Numbered from the stretch's first letter, positions 8,814 to 19,336 are shown. The stretch: 64,000 nt of DNA from Vicinamibacteria bacterium (GCA_965199715.1 CBDATA010000001.1:244412-308411), one strand, 5' to 3'. Translations and numbers: made by a program. Notes: generated by a model from the sequence alone, not told the origin.

Positions 8814-9958
8814 GGCGCCTGGCCGCGCTCGCGCTGCTCGCCGCCGCCTGCTCCGGGCCGGAGCCGCCGCCGGTTCCCGAGGCGGACCTGGTGCTCGTCA
8901 CCGCGTCCGGGCTGCGCGAGGACCGCGTCGGGATCTACGGATACTCCGAGAACGTCACCCCGGCGCTCGACCTGCTCGCCGCGGGCGGCGCGATCTTCCT
9001 CGAGGCCCGGACCCCCTGGCCCGAGATCGGGCGGGCCGCGGCCGCGGCGCTGACCGGGATGGACCCGTCGCGGGCGACCGCGGTCCGGGAGGGACCGGCG
9101 CTGCTGGCCGCCGCGCCCCTCGCCGAACGACTCCGCGCCCACGGCTACCGGACCGTCGCCGCGACGGACCATCCGGCGCTCACCGAAGCGACTGGATTCG
9201 CCCGGGGCTTCGACGAGTTCGCCGAGCATTGGGACGATCCGGGGGAGTTCGAGGGCGCGTTCCCGGATTCGCCGTTCTTCGCATGGCTCCATTTTTCGCT
9301 GGACGGCCCGGCCGACGACTACGACGCCCGGGTCGCGGCGCTGGACGAGTCCGTCCGGCGGCTCCTCGCGCCGATCTCGAAGCGGACGGTCGTCATCGTC
9401 GCCGGCCTCCACGGGCGCTCCTTCGGCGAACGCGGAACGCCGGAGGACGCGCCGATGACGCTCTTCGACGAGATGCTGCGGATTCCGCTCGTCGTCGCGG
9501 TCCTCGGCGAGCCCGGCCCGCCGTTCCCGCCGGGAACCCGCTTCGCCGGGATGGTCTCGCTCGCCGACGTTCCGGCGACCGCGTGGGAGCTCATGGGCGG
9601 CGCTTCCGAGGAGACCTCGCTCGTTCCGGCGCTCAGGGGCCGGGATCCGCGCCCGCGCCGGAGGCTCCACGCGGCGAGCGACAGCGGCGCGACCGCGATC
9701 CTCGACGGACGGCTCAAGCTGCTGCGCATTCCGCTTCCCGGCCGGGACGACGCGGTCTTCGCCGCGTACGCGCTCGACCGGGACCCGGGCGAGACGGACA
9801 ACCGCTACCACCTCGCCGCCCAGTCGATCGAGCCGCTGCGCGCCGAATTGGAGACGCGGCGCATCCAGTCCATCGCGTGGTCGCGGGAAGCGGAGCGGGA
9901 CGCGCCCGCCGGGGCGCTGCCGCCGGATCTGCTGGAGGCGTGGGAGCGCCGCCGCTGA
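8810..9958 (+). CDS. Sulfatase-fold lipoprotein with a degenerate active site
   Basis: Lipobox LAAAC; GLREDRVGIYGY..TPALD, ARGFDEF, LRIPL and DPGETDN match the sulfatase scaffold, but the catalytic residues are altered. Confidence 0.75.
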   Translation: MRRLAALALLAAACSGPEPPPVPEADLVLVTASGLREDRVGIYGYSENVTPALDLLAAGGAIFLEARTPWPEIGRAAAAALTGMDPSRATAVREGPALLAAAPLAERLRAHGYRTVAATDHPALTEATGFARGFDEFAEHWDDPGEFEGAFPDSPFFAWLHFSLDGPADDYDARVAALDESVRRLLAPISKRTVVIVAGLHGRSFGERGTPEDAPMTLFDEMLRIPLVVAVLGEPGPPFPPGTRFAGMVSLADVPATAWELMGGASEETSLVPALRGRDPRPRRRLHAASDSGATAILDGRLKLLRIPLPGRDDAVFAAYALDRDPGETDNRYHLAAQSIEPLRAELETRRIQSIAWSREAERDAPAGALPPDLLEAWERRR

Positions 9959-9983
9959 CCTAGACTTCGGGCGATCCCCCTCG

Positions 9984-10889
9984 ATGACCCGAATTTCGAC
10001 CTCGCTCGCGCTGGTCGCCGGCTTGGCCGCGCTGCCGTCCTGCTCGTGGATCGCCGGTCTCGCGATGGGTTCGGTGGCCGGAGTCTTCTCCGACATGGAG
10101 ACCGTGATCCGCGCCGACGACGATCTGGAGCTCGTCCAGCAAGCCATGGCGTTCAACCTGAAGACGCTGGAGACGCTTCTCGTCGGGAGTCCCGAGAACC
10201 GCGACCTCCTCCTCGCCGCGGCGCAGAGCTTCATGCTCTACTCCTACGCCTTCGTGGAGCCGGATATGTTCAACCTCGACTTCACCCAGTTCGAGGAGGA
10301 GCAGGAAGTCCGCCGGCGGGCGCGCCGCCTCTACCGCCGCGCGGTCGCCTTCGGGATGCGGGGCCTCGAGGTCGAGCATCCGGGGATCGAGTCCCGGCTC
10401 CGGCTCGATCCGGACGGGGCCGCGTCCGAGCTCGAACTGGAGGACGCGCCGCTCGCGCTGTGGACCGGCACCGCCGTGGGCGCGTGGATCGCGACCGCCA
10501 CCGACGACCCGGAGGCCACGGCGGACCTCGCGATCATGGGCGCATTGCTCCACCGGTCGCGCGCGCTCGACGACGCCGTGAACGACGGCGTGGTGTACGA
10601 CTACCTGATGCTCTACGAGGCCTCGCGCCTCGGCGGGGACCTGGATCTCGCCCGCGGCTATTTCGAGACCGCCCTCGAACGCGGCCCGGAGCGCCGCCCG
10701 GTCACCTGGGCCTCGTGGGCCGAGACCGGCGCCCGCGCCGTCGGCGACCGCGCCGAGTTCCTCGACCTGGTGCAGCGCACGCTCGACTTCGACATCGACA
10801 GCGAGCCGGACGCCCGCCTCCTGAACCAGGTCGCCATGAAGCGGGCGGCGTGGCTCCTTTCCCGAACCGACGACTATTTCCTGGACTAG
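9984..10889 (+). CDS. TRAP transporter TatT (T-component) lipoprotein
   Basis: Lipoprotein signal (LPSC), DDDLELV..A..FNLKTLE.LL..SPEN motif, helical TPR-like body, and position before dctP. Confidence 0.8.
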   Translation: MTRISTSLALVAGLAALPSCSWIAGLAMGSVAGVFSDMETVIRADDDLELVQQAMAFNLKTLETLLVGSPENRDLLLAAAQSFMLYSYAFVEPDMFNLDFTQFEEEQEVRRRARRLYRRAVAFGMRGLEVEHPGIESRLRLDPDGAASELELEDAPLALWTGTAVGAWIATATDDPEATADLAIMGALLHRSRALDDAVNDGVVYDYLMLYEASRLGGDLDLARGYFETALERGPERRPVTWASWAETGARAVGDRAEFLDLVQRTLDFDIDSEPDARLLNQVAMKRAAWLLSRTDDYFLD

Positions 10890-10896
10890 ACCCGAA

Positions 10897-11916
10897 ATGC
10901 CACACACCACGCGGCGCGGCCGACGCCTCGCGCTCCTCCTCCTGGCGGCGGTCCTCGCCGGCGCCGCGCCGGCCGACGCGCGGGTGCAGTTCCGGCTGGG
11001 GAGCATCGTCCCGAACAACTCCGCGTGGCACCTGCTGCTGCGCAAGATGGCCGCCGACGTCGGCAAGGAGACGGACGGCGAGGTCCGGATCCGGGTGATC
11101 TCCGGGGGCGCGGCCGGCGACGAGTCCGAGATGATCCGGAAGATGCGCATCGACCAGATCCAGATGATCGCGCTCAGCAACGTGGGCGTGGCCGAGCTGG
11201 TGCCCGGGGCGCTCGCGCTCTCCCTCCCGATGGTGTACGCGAGCCACGAGGAGTGGAACCACGTCCGGGCGAGCGTGAACGCCGGCTTCGACCGGAGCCT
11301 GCGCGACCTCGGCCTGCGGGCGCTCGGCTGGACCGGCATCGGCTGGGTCCACTTCTTCTCGACCGAGCCGATCGAGACGGTGGACGACCTCCGGGCGCTC
11401 CGGATGGCGGGCGCGACCGGCGATCCGACGACCACCGACCTGCTGCGCCTCGCCGGGTTCGACCCGGTCCCGATCAGCTCGGTGGAGGTCGTGAGCGGCT
11501 TCCAGACCGGGCTCGTGGAGGCCGCGCCGCTCCCCGTGGTGTACGCCGAGGGATCGCAGATCTACCGCAGCGCCAAGTACATGGCGGATCTGCCGTGGGC
11601 CCCCATTCAGGGCGCCTTCATCATGCGCGAGGAATCGTGGAACGAGCTCTCGCCCGCGCAGCAGGCGATCATGACCCGCGTCATCGGCGAGATCAGCGCC
11701 GAGTTCGAATCCACGAGCCTCGCCCAGGAGGGCAAGTCGCTCGAGGCGATGCGCCGACGAGGCCTCGAAGTCGTCCCGGCCAGCGACGGATTCGTGGACG
11801 AGATGACCGGCGTCCACGAGGAGCTGCTGCCGATGATCCGGGAACGCCTCGTGCCCGAGGACGTCTTCGACGAAGTGTTCCGCCTTCGCGACGAATACCG
11901 GGGATCGGGCCGATAG
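10897..11916 (+). CDS. dctP: TRAP transporter substrate-binding protein DctP
   Basis: Signal peptide; LGSIVP.NSAW, GG.AGDESEMIRKMRI and PIETVDDLR motifs. Confidence 0.88.
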   Translation: MPHTTRRGRRLALLLLAAVLAGAAPADARVQFRLGSIVPNNSAWHLLLRKMAADVGKETDGEVRIRVISGGAAGDESEMIRKMRIDQIQMIALSNVGVAELVPGALALSLPMVYASHEEWNHVRASVNAGFDRSLRDLGLRALGWTGIGWVHFFSTEPIETVDDLRALRMAGATGDPTTTDLLRLAGFDPVPISSVEVVSGFQTGLVEAAPLPVVYAEGSQIYRSAKYMADLPWAPIQGAFIMREESWNELSPAQQAIMTRVIGEISAEFESTSLAQEGKSLEAMRRRGLEVVPASDGFVDEMTGVHEELLPMIRERLVPEDVFDEVFRLRDEYRGSGR

Positions 11917-11953
11917 CCGCTCCGGCGCCCCGCGCCGGAGCCACGGGGGAACC

Positions 11954-13759
11954 ATGAACGGCAGGCTCGCCCGCATCGAGGACGCCGTCTCGGTCGGGGC
12001 GCTCGTCCTCATGGCGGCCGTGCCGATCACCGAGGCGCTGATCCGTCCGTTCCATCCGACCGGCATTCCCGGATCCGGCGTATGGGTGCCGCACCTGGTG
12101 CTCTGGGTCGGCTTCCTCGGGGCCGCCATCGCGTCGCGGCGGGGCGAGCTGCTCTCGCTCGGGTTCGCGACGAACACGCTCCCCGAGGCCTGGCGGCCGA
12201 GAGCGGCGTCGATCGCCGGGGCCGTCGGGTTCGTCGTCTCGCTCACCATGGCGTGGGCCAGCGTCGTGCTGATCCGGGCCGAATGGGAGGGCGGGCGCGA
12301 GCTCGCGCTCGGGATCCCGGTCTGGCTGGCCGAGGGAATCATGCCCGTCGGCTTCGCGCTCATCGGCTGGCGCCTCTTCCGGAGGATTCCCCAGCGGTGG
12401 GGCAAGGTCCTCGCCGTCGCGGGGCTCGCCGTCCCGCTCCTGATGCACGAGGGCCTCACCGGCTGGGACCTCACCGAGTCCGGCGCGCACTGGCCGCTCG
12501 TCCTCGCTGTCCTCATCGCCGCCGCGCTCGGGACCCCGATCTTCGTCGGGCTCGCCGGAGTCGCGGCGGTGCTGCTGTGGGCCAACTGGGACCCGGTCTC
12601 GGCGATCCCCGCGGAGGCCTACAGCATGGTGAACCGGGCCACGCTCCCCGCGATCCCGCTGTTCACGCTCGCCGGGTACATCCTCGCCGAGGGCGGCGCT
12701 CCCCGCCGGCTGGTGGTCCTCTTCCGGGGCTTCTTCGGCTGGATGCCGGGCGGCGTCGCCGTCGCCGCCATCGTGGGCTCGGCCTTCTTCACGAGCTTCA
12801 CCGGCGGCAGCGGCGTGTCCATCCTCGCGATGGGCGGGCTGCTCTTCCCGATGCTGGTCGAGGACCGGCTGCGCCCCGGCCTCGCGACCGGCCTGCTCAC
12901 GTCCGCCGGGTCGCTCGGGCTGCTCTTCCCGCCGTCGCTCGCGGTGATCCTCTACGGGATCATCGCCGAGGTCGAGATCGGGCGGCTGTTCGTCGCCGGA
13001 TTCATCCCGGCGGTGGTCGAGATCGTCCTCGTCGCCGGGTTCACGATGTTCGTGATCCGCCGGCGCGCCGCCAGCGTGTCCCGCTTCGACGTCCGGGCGG
13101 CGCTCGGCGCGCTGTGGACCGCCAGGTGGGAGGCGCTGATCCCGGCGTTCGTGCTGACGCTGGTCTTCGGGGGCTTCGCCACGCTGGTCGAGGCCGCCGC
13201 GCTCACCGTGCTGTACGCGCTCTTCGTGGAATTCGCGATCCACCGGGAGGGGAAGACGCTCGGGGATCTGCTGCGGACCGGCGCGAACGCGGTCACGCTC
13301 ATCGGGGGCGTGCTCCTGATCCTCGCCGCCGCGCTCGGGCTCACGAACTACATGGTGTTCGCCGACATCCCGTTCCGGGCGACCGAGTGGGTGCAGTCGT
13401 TCGTGGCCTCGCCGCTGTTCTTCCTGCTGCTCCTGAACGTGTTCCTGCTGGTCATCGGGTGCCTCATGGACATCTACGCCGCGATCGTGGTCGTGGCGCC
13501 GCTGGTGGCCCCGCTCGGCGTCGCCTACGGGATCGACCCGCTCCACCTCGGGATCATCTTCCTGACGAACCTCGAGCTCGGCTACCTGACCCCGCCGGTC
13601 GGCATGAACCTCTTCCTCGCGTCGTACCGGTTCGGTCGGCCGCTCACCGAGGTGTACCGGGAGACGCTGCCCTACCTCGCGATCCGCGCCGGGGCGGTGC
13701 TGCTCATCACCTACGTCCCCTACCTGACCCTGATGCTTCCGGGCCTCCTCTACGACTGA
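11954..13759 (+). CDS. dctM: Fused TRAP permease DctQ-DctM
   Basis: AIPLFTLAG, FTGGSG, GLLFPPS and GYLTPPVGMNLF motifs; N-terminal DctQ-like transmembrane segments. Confidence 0.9.
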   Translation: MNGRLARIEDAVSVGALVLMAAVPITEALIRPFHPTGIPGSGVWVPHLVLWVGFLGAAIASRRGELLSLGFATNTLPEAWRPRAASIAGAVGFVVSLTMAWASVVLIRAEWEGGRELALGIPVWLAEGIMPVGFALIGWRLFRRIPQRWGKVLAVAGLAVPLLMHEGLTGWDLTESGAHWPLVLAVLIAAALGTPIFVGLAGVAAVLLWANWDPVSAIPAEAYSMVNRATLPAIPLFTLAGYILAEGGAPRRLVVLFRGFFGWMPGGVAVAAIVGSAFFTSFTGGSGVSILAMGGLLFPMLVEDRLRPGLATGLLTSAGSLGLLFPPSLAVILYGIIAEVEIGRLFVAGFIPAVVEIVLVAGFTMFVIRRRAASVSRFDVRAALGALWTARWEALIPAFVLTLVFGGFATLVEAAALTVLYALFVEFAIHREGKTLGDLLRTGANAVTLIGGVLLILAAALGLTNYMVFADIPFRATEWVQSFVASPLFFLLLLNVFLLVIGCLMDIYAAIVVVAPLVAPLGVAYGIDPLHLGIIFLTNLELGYLTPPVGMNLFLASYRFGRPLTEVYRETLPYLAIRAGAVLLITYVPYLTLMLPGLLYD

Positions 13760-15015
13760 TGGACTTCGCGGTCGCGGGCGGCCAGCGGGCGAGGAAGCGC
13801 CGCCGCCTCATCGCCATGGCTGCCGGCGGCGCGGCGCTGCTCGCGGCGTTCGCGTTCTACCGCCCGGGCGCCCCGGTCCCCGAAGTCGAAGCGGCGGCGC
13901 TGTGGACCGGAGTCGTGGAGCGGGGCGAGTTCGTCCGGGAGGTCCGCGGCCCGGGCCGGCTCGTGGTTCCGCCCGAGGAGCTGCGCTGGCTGACGGCGGA
14001 GGCGGGCGGACGGGTGGAGGTGCGCCACGTCCTTCCGGGCACGCCGGTCGCCGCCGACACGATTCTGCTGGAGCTGTCGAACCCGGACGTCGAGCGGCAG
14101 TTGGCCGAGGCCGAGGCGGCGCTGCGGCAGGAGGAGGCGGATCTCCGGGCGCTGCGGAACGAGGTCCGCTCGGCGCTGCTGGAGCAGGAGAGCGCCGCCG
14201 GGCAGGTCGCCGCCGAGAACGCCCGGGCGCGGCTCCAAGCCGAGGCGGACGCCGCGCTCAAGGAGGCCGGGCTCGTCGGGGAGCTGGTCGAGCGGCGCAG
14301 CGCGGTCCGGTTCGACGAGACCGCGACCCGCCACCGCCTCGAGCAGGAGCGGCTGGCCATCCTCGACGAGGCCAGCGCGGCGCGCATCCGCTCGCAGGAG
14401 GCGGCGGTGGCGCGGCGACGCGCAGTCGCCGAGCTGCGGCGGCGGCGGCGCGACGGACTGCGAGTGCGGGCCGGCGCCGCCGGAATCCTGCTGGACCTGC
14501 CGGTGGAGGAAGGCCAGCAGGTCGTTCCCGGCGCGAACCTCGCCCGGGTCGCCGACCCGGCCCGACTCGCGGCCGTGATCCAGATCCCCCAGACGCAGGC
14601 CCCGGACCTCGCCCCCGGGCAGGCGGCGCTCGTGGATACGCGCAACGGCGTCGTCCCGGGCGTGGTCGAACGCGTGGATCCCGCGGTTCGGGACGGCTCC
14701 GTGGCCGTGGACGTGCGGCTCACCGGAACCCCGCCCCGGGGGGCGCGGCCCGATCTCTCGGTGGACGGGACGATCCGGATCGAAACCGTCCCCGACGCGC
14801 TCCACGTGGGCCGGCCGGCGTACGGTCAGCCCGAGAGCGCCGCCGGAGTCTTCAAGCTGTCGCCCGATGGATCGACGGCCACCCGAACCCCGGTGCGCTT
14901 CGGGCGCGGATCGGTGAACCGGATCGAAGTGCTCGCCGGACTGGCGGCGGGCGACCGGATCATCCTCTCGGACACCTCGCTCTGGGACGACTCGGCGACG
15001 CTGCGCATCCGGTAG
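13759..15015 (+). CDS. Efflux RND/HlyD-type periplasmic adaptor subunit
   Basis: N-terminal transmembrane segment, VERGEFVREVRGPG, long helical hairpin, ARPDLSVDG and GL..GDRIILSD motifs. Confidence 0.85.
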   Translation: MDFAVAGGQRARKRRRLIAMAAGGAALLAAFAFYRPGAPVPEVEAAALWTGVVERGEFVREVRGPGRLVVPPEELRWLTAEAGGRVEVRHVLPGTPVAADTILLELSNPDVERQLAEAEAALRQEEADLRALRNEVRSALLEQESAAGQVAAENARARLQAEADAALKEAGLVGELVERRSAVRFDETATRHRLEQERLAILDEASAARIRSQEAAVARRRAVAELRRRRRDGLRVRAGAAGILLDLPVEEGQQVVPGANLARVADPARLAAVIQIPQTQAPDLAPGQAALVDTRNGVVPGVVERVDPAVRDGSVAVDVRLTGTPPRGARPDLSVDGTIRIETVPDALHVGRPAYGQPESAAGVFKLSPDGSTATRTPVRFGRGSVNRIEVLAGLAAGDRIILSDTSLWDDSATLRIR

Positions 15016-15017
15016 CG

Positions 15018-15590
15018 TCAGAACCGGCGGAGCGAGAGCGCGATCCGGCCGGCGACGATCCGGGCGATCCGGTCCGCGTCGGCGGAAGCGAGCTCCGCCT
15101 GCCCAAGCGGGAGCCGCTCCGCGAACACTTCCGGCGGCTCGGCGTCACGCACCAGCAGCACGTCGAGCCGCACCGCGTCCTCTTTGATGTCTTCGCCGGC
15201 GGGCCAGCGCGACCCGGGTCCGAGCGGCTCGCCGGGACCGGTCTCCAAACTGCCGGCGAGCACGTAGTCCGCCCCGAGCCGGGCGGCGATCGCGACGAGC
15301 CCGTCCTCCCGGAGTCCTTCGTCCAGGACCGGACGAAGCCGCCTCGGGGAGACTTCAAAGATCCCGTCGGGCTCCGTCTGGAGCTGCTCGCGGATCGTCT
15401 CGGTGATCCGGTACGCGAGTTCCTGCAGCCCTCCCTGACCGGTCCGGTTGTCGATGTCCGCGACGAGAAGCACTGGACGGACGACGGCGTCGGGCCGACG
15501 GATCACTCGGGGCTGGCCGATACGGGCGAGCACCGCGAGGCCGAGCGCGAGGCCGAGGATCGTGCCGACCGCCAGAATTCCCCGTTTCAC
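15018..15590 (-). CDS. Membrane-anchored protein with TolB-N/CsgG-like domain
   Basis: N-terminal transmembrane segment; LVADIDNRTG..LAYRITETI...LGADYVLAGSL pattern. GTG start at 15590 is inferred. Confidence 0.55.
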   Translation of the reverse strand: MKRGILAVGTILGLALGLAVLARIGQPRVIRRPDAVVRPVLLVADIDNRTGQGGLQELAYRITETIREQLQTEPDGIFEVSPRRLRPVLDEGLREDGLVAIAARLGADYVLAGSLETGPGEPLGPGSRWPAGEDIKEDAVRLDVLLVRDAEPPEVFAERLPLGQAELASADADRIARIVAGRIALSLRRF

Positions 15591-15631
15591 CTTGCCGCTT
15601 CCCCGAACGCGAACGATCATAGACGGACGAC

Positions 15632-16384
15632 ATGAACGGCATCGCGCTGGTGAAGCAGGTTCCCGACCGGAATTCGGCCTTCCGTCCCGAGGGAGCATGG
15701 ATCGACGAGTCCAGCCTCGGGTACGGCGTCAACGAATACGACCGCTACGCCGTGGAGGCGGTGCTGCGCCTGAAGGAGTCGGGCGACCTTGACGGCACGG
15801 TCGCCGTGACCGTCGGCCCGCCGGACGCCGGGCAGATTCTCCGCACCTGCCTCGCGATGGGCGTGGACCGCGCCGTCCATGTGGAATGCGACCGCGACGC
15901 TCTCGCCGATCCGTTCGCGGTCGCGAAGGCGCTCGCCGCAGTCGTGGAGCGGAACGATCCGGGCGTCGTCGCCGCTGGCCTCCTCGCCGAGGACTCGGGG
16001 AACGCGCAGGTGGGCGGCCTCGTGGCGGGGCTGCTCGGATTCGGGTGGGCGTCCGCCGTGACCGGAATTGAGCTTCGTGACGGGCGGCTCGTCGTGGAGC
16101 GCGAGCTGGGTAACAACCGGATTGCGGTCGTCTCGCTTCGGCTTCCGGCGGTCGTCGGCGTCCAGACCGGGCTAAACGCGCCGCGCTACGCGAGCCTGCG
16201 CGGGATCATGGCCTCGCGGCGGAAGCCGGTCGAGAAACAGGCGCTTGCGAGCGAGGCGCCGAAGATGCGCCGCGTGTGCCTCGCCCGTCCGGAGAAGGGC
16301 AGCGCCGAGATTCTGGAAGGAAGCCCCGACGAGATCGCCGCCCAGGCAGTAGTTCGCATCCGGGCCGAGACGGGAGTGCTCTGA
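15632..16384 (+). CDS. etfB: Electron transfer flavoprotein beta subunit
   Basis: VKQVPD, NEYDRYAVE, LAMGVD and NAPRYASLRGIM motifs. Confidence 0.95.
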   Translation: MNGIALVKQVPDRNSAFRPEGAWIDESSLGYGVNEYDRYAVEAVLRLKESGDLDGTVAVTVGPPDAGQILRTCLAMGVDRAVHVECDRDALADPFAVAKALAAVVERNDPGVVAAGLLAEDSGNAQVGGLVAGLLGFGWASAVTGIELRDGRLVVERELGNNRIAVVSLRLPAVVGVQTGLNAPRYASLRGIMASRRKPVEKQALASEAPKMRRVCLARPEKGSAEILEGSPDEIAAQAVVRIRAETGVL

Positions 16385-17313
16385 TGGCCGTAGCGGTGCT
16401 CGTCGAGCACGACGGGACGACTCCCGCGCCGATCACGTTCGAGCTTCTGGAAGCGGCCGGTCAGCTTGGCGGGCCGGTCGTTGCGGTCGTACCGGGCGCT
16501 ACGGACCTCGCCGGCGAACTTCCCGCCGACGAGGTCCTCATCGTGGAGGGCGCGAGTCTTGAGACTGCCGACGGCTGCGCTGCGGCGCTCCTCGCCGCCG
16601 TCGCCGATCTCGGAGCGGAGATCACGCTGCTGCCGGACAGCGCCCTTGGCTGGGACGTGGCCCCGCTCGTCGCCGCTCCGCTCGGGGTCCCCGTCGCGAC
16701 CGGGTGCACCGCGCTCCGGCGCGACGGCGCGGCGATCCTCGCGACCCGTAAGGCGTTTCTCGGCAAGTTCGTGCAGGAAGTCCGGCTGGAAGGGCCATGC
16801 GCGGTGGCCACGATGGAGCGCGGGGCGACCGAGCCCCGGGAACCGGCCCCGCCCGGCCGCGTGCGCGTGATCCCGCCGGAACTCCCCGAGCCCCGCTCCG
16901 AGCTCCTTGAGATCCGGGAGGACAGCGCTTCCGGCGACGTGGACCTGACCGGCGCCCCGGTGATCGTGGCCGCCGGGCGTGGCATGGGCTCGCCGGAGAA
17001 CCTCAAGCTCGTCGAGGATCTGGCCGACGCGCTCGGCGGGAGCGTCGGAGCGTCCCGCGCCGTGACCGACGCCGGCTGGCTGCCCCACGACCGCCAGATC
17101 GGCAGCAGCGGCGTGACCGTCTCGCCGCGCGTCTATGTCGCCTGCGGAATCTCCGGGGCGATCCAGCACCTCGTCGGCATGCGCGGCGCCCGGTTCGTGC
17201 TGGCGATCAACAAGGACCCGGAAGCCCCGATCTTCGGCGCGGCGCACGTGGGGATCGTGGGGGACGTGATGGAGATCCTGCCCGCGCTCGCCGAGGCGGC
17301 GCGGAAGGCCTAA
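16384..17313 (+). CDS. etfA: Electron transfer flavoprotein alpha subunit
   Basis: VGASRA..DAGW, QIGSSG..V.P, GISGAIQH and AINKDPEAPIF motifs; ATG at 16384. Confidence 0.95.
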   Translation: MAVAVLVEHDGTTPAPITFELLEAAGQLGGPVVAVVPGATDLAGELPADEVLIVEGASLETADGCAAALLAAVADLGAEITLLPDSALGWDVAPLVAAPLGVPVATGCTALRRDGAAILATRKAFLGKFVQEVRLEGPCAVATMERGATEPREPAPPGRVRVIPPELPEPRSELLEIREDSASGDVDLTGAPVIVAAGRGMGSPENLKLVEDLADALGGSVGASRAVTDAGWLPHDRQIGSSGVTVSPRVYVACGISGAIQHLVGMRGARFVLAINKDPEAPIFGAAHVGIVGDVMEILPALAEAARKA

Positions 17314-17314
17314 G

Positions 17315-17348
17315 CCGGGGCCCCGCGTCAAGACGCGGGCTCGCCCGG
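17315..17348. terminator. GC-rich hairpin between convergent genes (possible terminator)
   Basis: CCCGCGTC-AA-GACGCGGG stem (17322-17339) with outer CCGGG/CCCGG pairing; no U-tract. Confidence 0.35.
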
Positions 17349-17374
17349 GGGTTCGGAGCCGACGGACCGCGGCC

Positions 17375-17819
17375 TCATTGTCCCGAGGCGTCGTTCCCTT
17401 TCTCCCGGAGCAGATCCTCGACGACGTCGATCCGCGCAGCCAAGCGGGCGCGATGCGCTTCGACGGCTTCCGGCGCATACCCGCGACCCAGCGCGCGCTG
17501 CGCCGCCTGGTCCAGCATCCGACGCACGACGTCAGCCATTCCCGGACCGGTCGGCTTCGCCCACTCGGCGACGACCTTGAGCGCCTCGTTACGCAGCGTC
17601 GCCGCCTGGGTCGGAGTCAGTGGTCCATCCCTTCAGCGTGGCTTCCGCATCCGCGAGCCGCTCCAGAGCTTCCGGATCGCATGCGTCGCCGTCCGCCGCG
17701 CCGCCGGGGGGAGCGGTCGCCATCGGGGCCGCGGGACGATCCGCTGAACCATCGCAGGCGAACCCGCCGAGCGCCAGCGTCGGAAGCGCCATCCAACGCG
17801 GGATTCTTCCGCGTCTCAT
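17375..17819 (-). pseudogene. Hypothetical lipoprotein with one apparent frameshift near 17628
   Basis: AGGAGG RBS, MRRGRIPRWMALPTLALGGFA-C lipobox; a coding-like continuation in another frame (GPLTPTQAATLRNEALKVV...DASGQ*) runs to 17375. Confidence 0.5.
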
Positions 17820-17941
17820 CTTCAACTCGCACCTCCTGGCGCGAGTTGACAAGCAAGCGAAATGCCGAAGACCGGCGCATCGGCCGGTCGGCACGCCCCT
17901 CGTCCGACGCGGACCGACCCTCGCGGTGCGCTGAAGCCGCC

Positions 17942-19336
17942 TCAAGGGCCGGTCATCGCTTCCGGGCGCACCCACTCGTCGAACTGCTCCTCGGTCAGGA
18001 GCTCCAGCGCCAGCGCCGCCTCGCGCAGCGACGTCCCGTCGGCGAACGCCTTCTTCGCGATCCGCGCCGCGTTGTCGTACCCGATGTGCGGGTTCAGCGC
18101 GGTCACCAGCATCAGCGACCGCTCGAGGTTCTGCTGGAGGCGCTCCCGGTTCGGCTCGATCCCGACGACGCACCGCTCCCGGAAGGAGTCCGAGCCGTCG
18201 GCGAGCAGCCGCGCGCTCTGGAGCAGGTTCGTCGCGATGAGCGGCATCATCACGTTCAACTCGAAGTTGCCGCCGGCGCCCCCCACATTCACGGCCACGT
18301 CGTTCCCGAACACCTGCGCGGTGGCCATCAACAGCGCCTCGCACTGGGTCGGGTTCACCTTGCCGGGCATGATCGAGCTTCCCGGCTCGTTCGCCGGCAG
18401 CGCGATCTCCCCGATTCCCGACCGCGGCCCCGAGCCCAGCCAGCGGACGTCGTTCGCGATCTTGTGCAGCGAGACCGCGACCGTCTTGAGCGCCCCGTGC
18501 GCGTGGACCAGCGCGTCCTTCGCGGCGAGCGCCTCGAACTTGTTGGGCGCGCTCGTGAACGCGAGCCCGGTGAGCCGGCTGAGCCACGCCGCGGCGCGGG
18601 GGCCGGTCTCGGGATGCGCGTTCAGCCCGGTCCCGACGGCGGTTCCGCCGAGCGCGAGTTCGCGGACGGCCGGAAGCGCCGCCTCGACCCGCTCCACGCC
18701 CCGGGCCACCTGCTCGCGGTAGCCCGAGAACTCCTGGCCGAGGGTCAGCGGCGTGGCGTCCTGGAGGTGGGTGCGCCCGATCTTGACCACGTCGGCGAAC
18801 GCCTCGGCGCGTTCGCCGAGCGCGTCCCGGAGCGCGCCCAGCGCCGGAACGACGCGGCCTTCCAGCGCCCGCGCCGCGGCCGCGTGCAGCGCGGTCGGGA
18901 ACACGTCGTTCGAGGACTGCCCCCGGTTCACGTCGTCGTTGGGATGGACGAGGCGGTCCTCGCCGCGCTCGCCGCCGAGGATCTCGCTGGCGCGGTTCGC
19001 GAGCACCTCGTTCATGTTCATGTTCGACTGGGTGCCGCTGCCGGTCTGCCAGACGATGAGCGGGAACTCGTCGGCGTGCTCGCCCGCGAGCACCTCGTCC
19101 GCCGCGGCGACGATCGCGTCCGCCTTCCGTTCGTCGATCCGCCCGAGATCCCGGTTCACGAGCGCCGCCGCCTTCTTCACGAACGCGAGCGCCTCGACCA
19201 CCTCCCGCGGCATGCGCTCGCCGGAGATGCGGAAATTCCGCCGCGAGCGCTCGGTCTGCGCCCCCCACAGCCGCTCCGCCGGAACCGCGACCGGCCCGAT
19301 GGCGTCCCGTTCGATGCGCTCGCCGCCGTCCGCCAT
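17942..19336 (-). CDS. fumC: Fumarate hydratase class II
   Basis: [27 protein letters not shown] and [11 protein letters not shown] signature motifs; RBS before the ATG at 19336. Confidence 0.97.
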   Translation of the reverse strand: MADGGERIERDAIGPVAVPAERLWGAQTERSRRNFRISGERMPREVVEALAFVKKAAALVNRDLGRIDERKADAIVAAADEVLAGEHADEFPLIVWQTGSGTQSNMNMNEVLANRASEILGGERGEDRLVHPNDDVNRGQSSNDVFPTALHAAAARALEGRVVPALGALRDALGERAEAFADVVKIGRTHLQDATPLTLGQEFSGYREQVARGVERVEAALPAVRELALGGTAVGTGLNAHPETGPRAAAWLSRLTGLAFTSAPNKFEALAAKDALVHAHGALKTVAVSLHKIANDVRWLGSGPRSGIGEIALPANEPGSSIMPGKVNPTQCEALLMATAQVFGNDVAVNVGGAGGNFELNVMMPLIATNLLQSARLLADGSDSFRERCVVGIEPNRERLQQNLERSLMLVTALNPHIGYDNAARIAKKAFADGTSLREAALALELLTEEQFDEWVRPEAMTGP

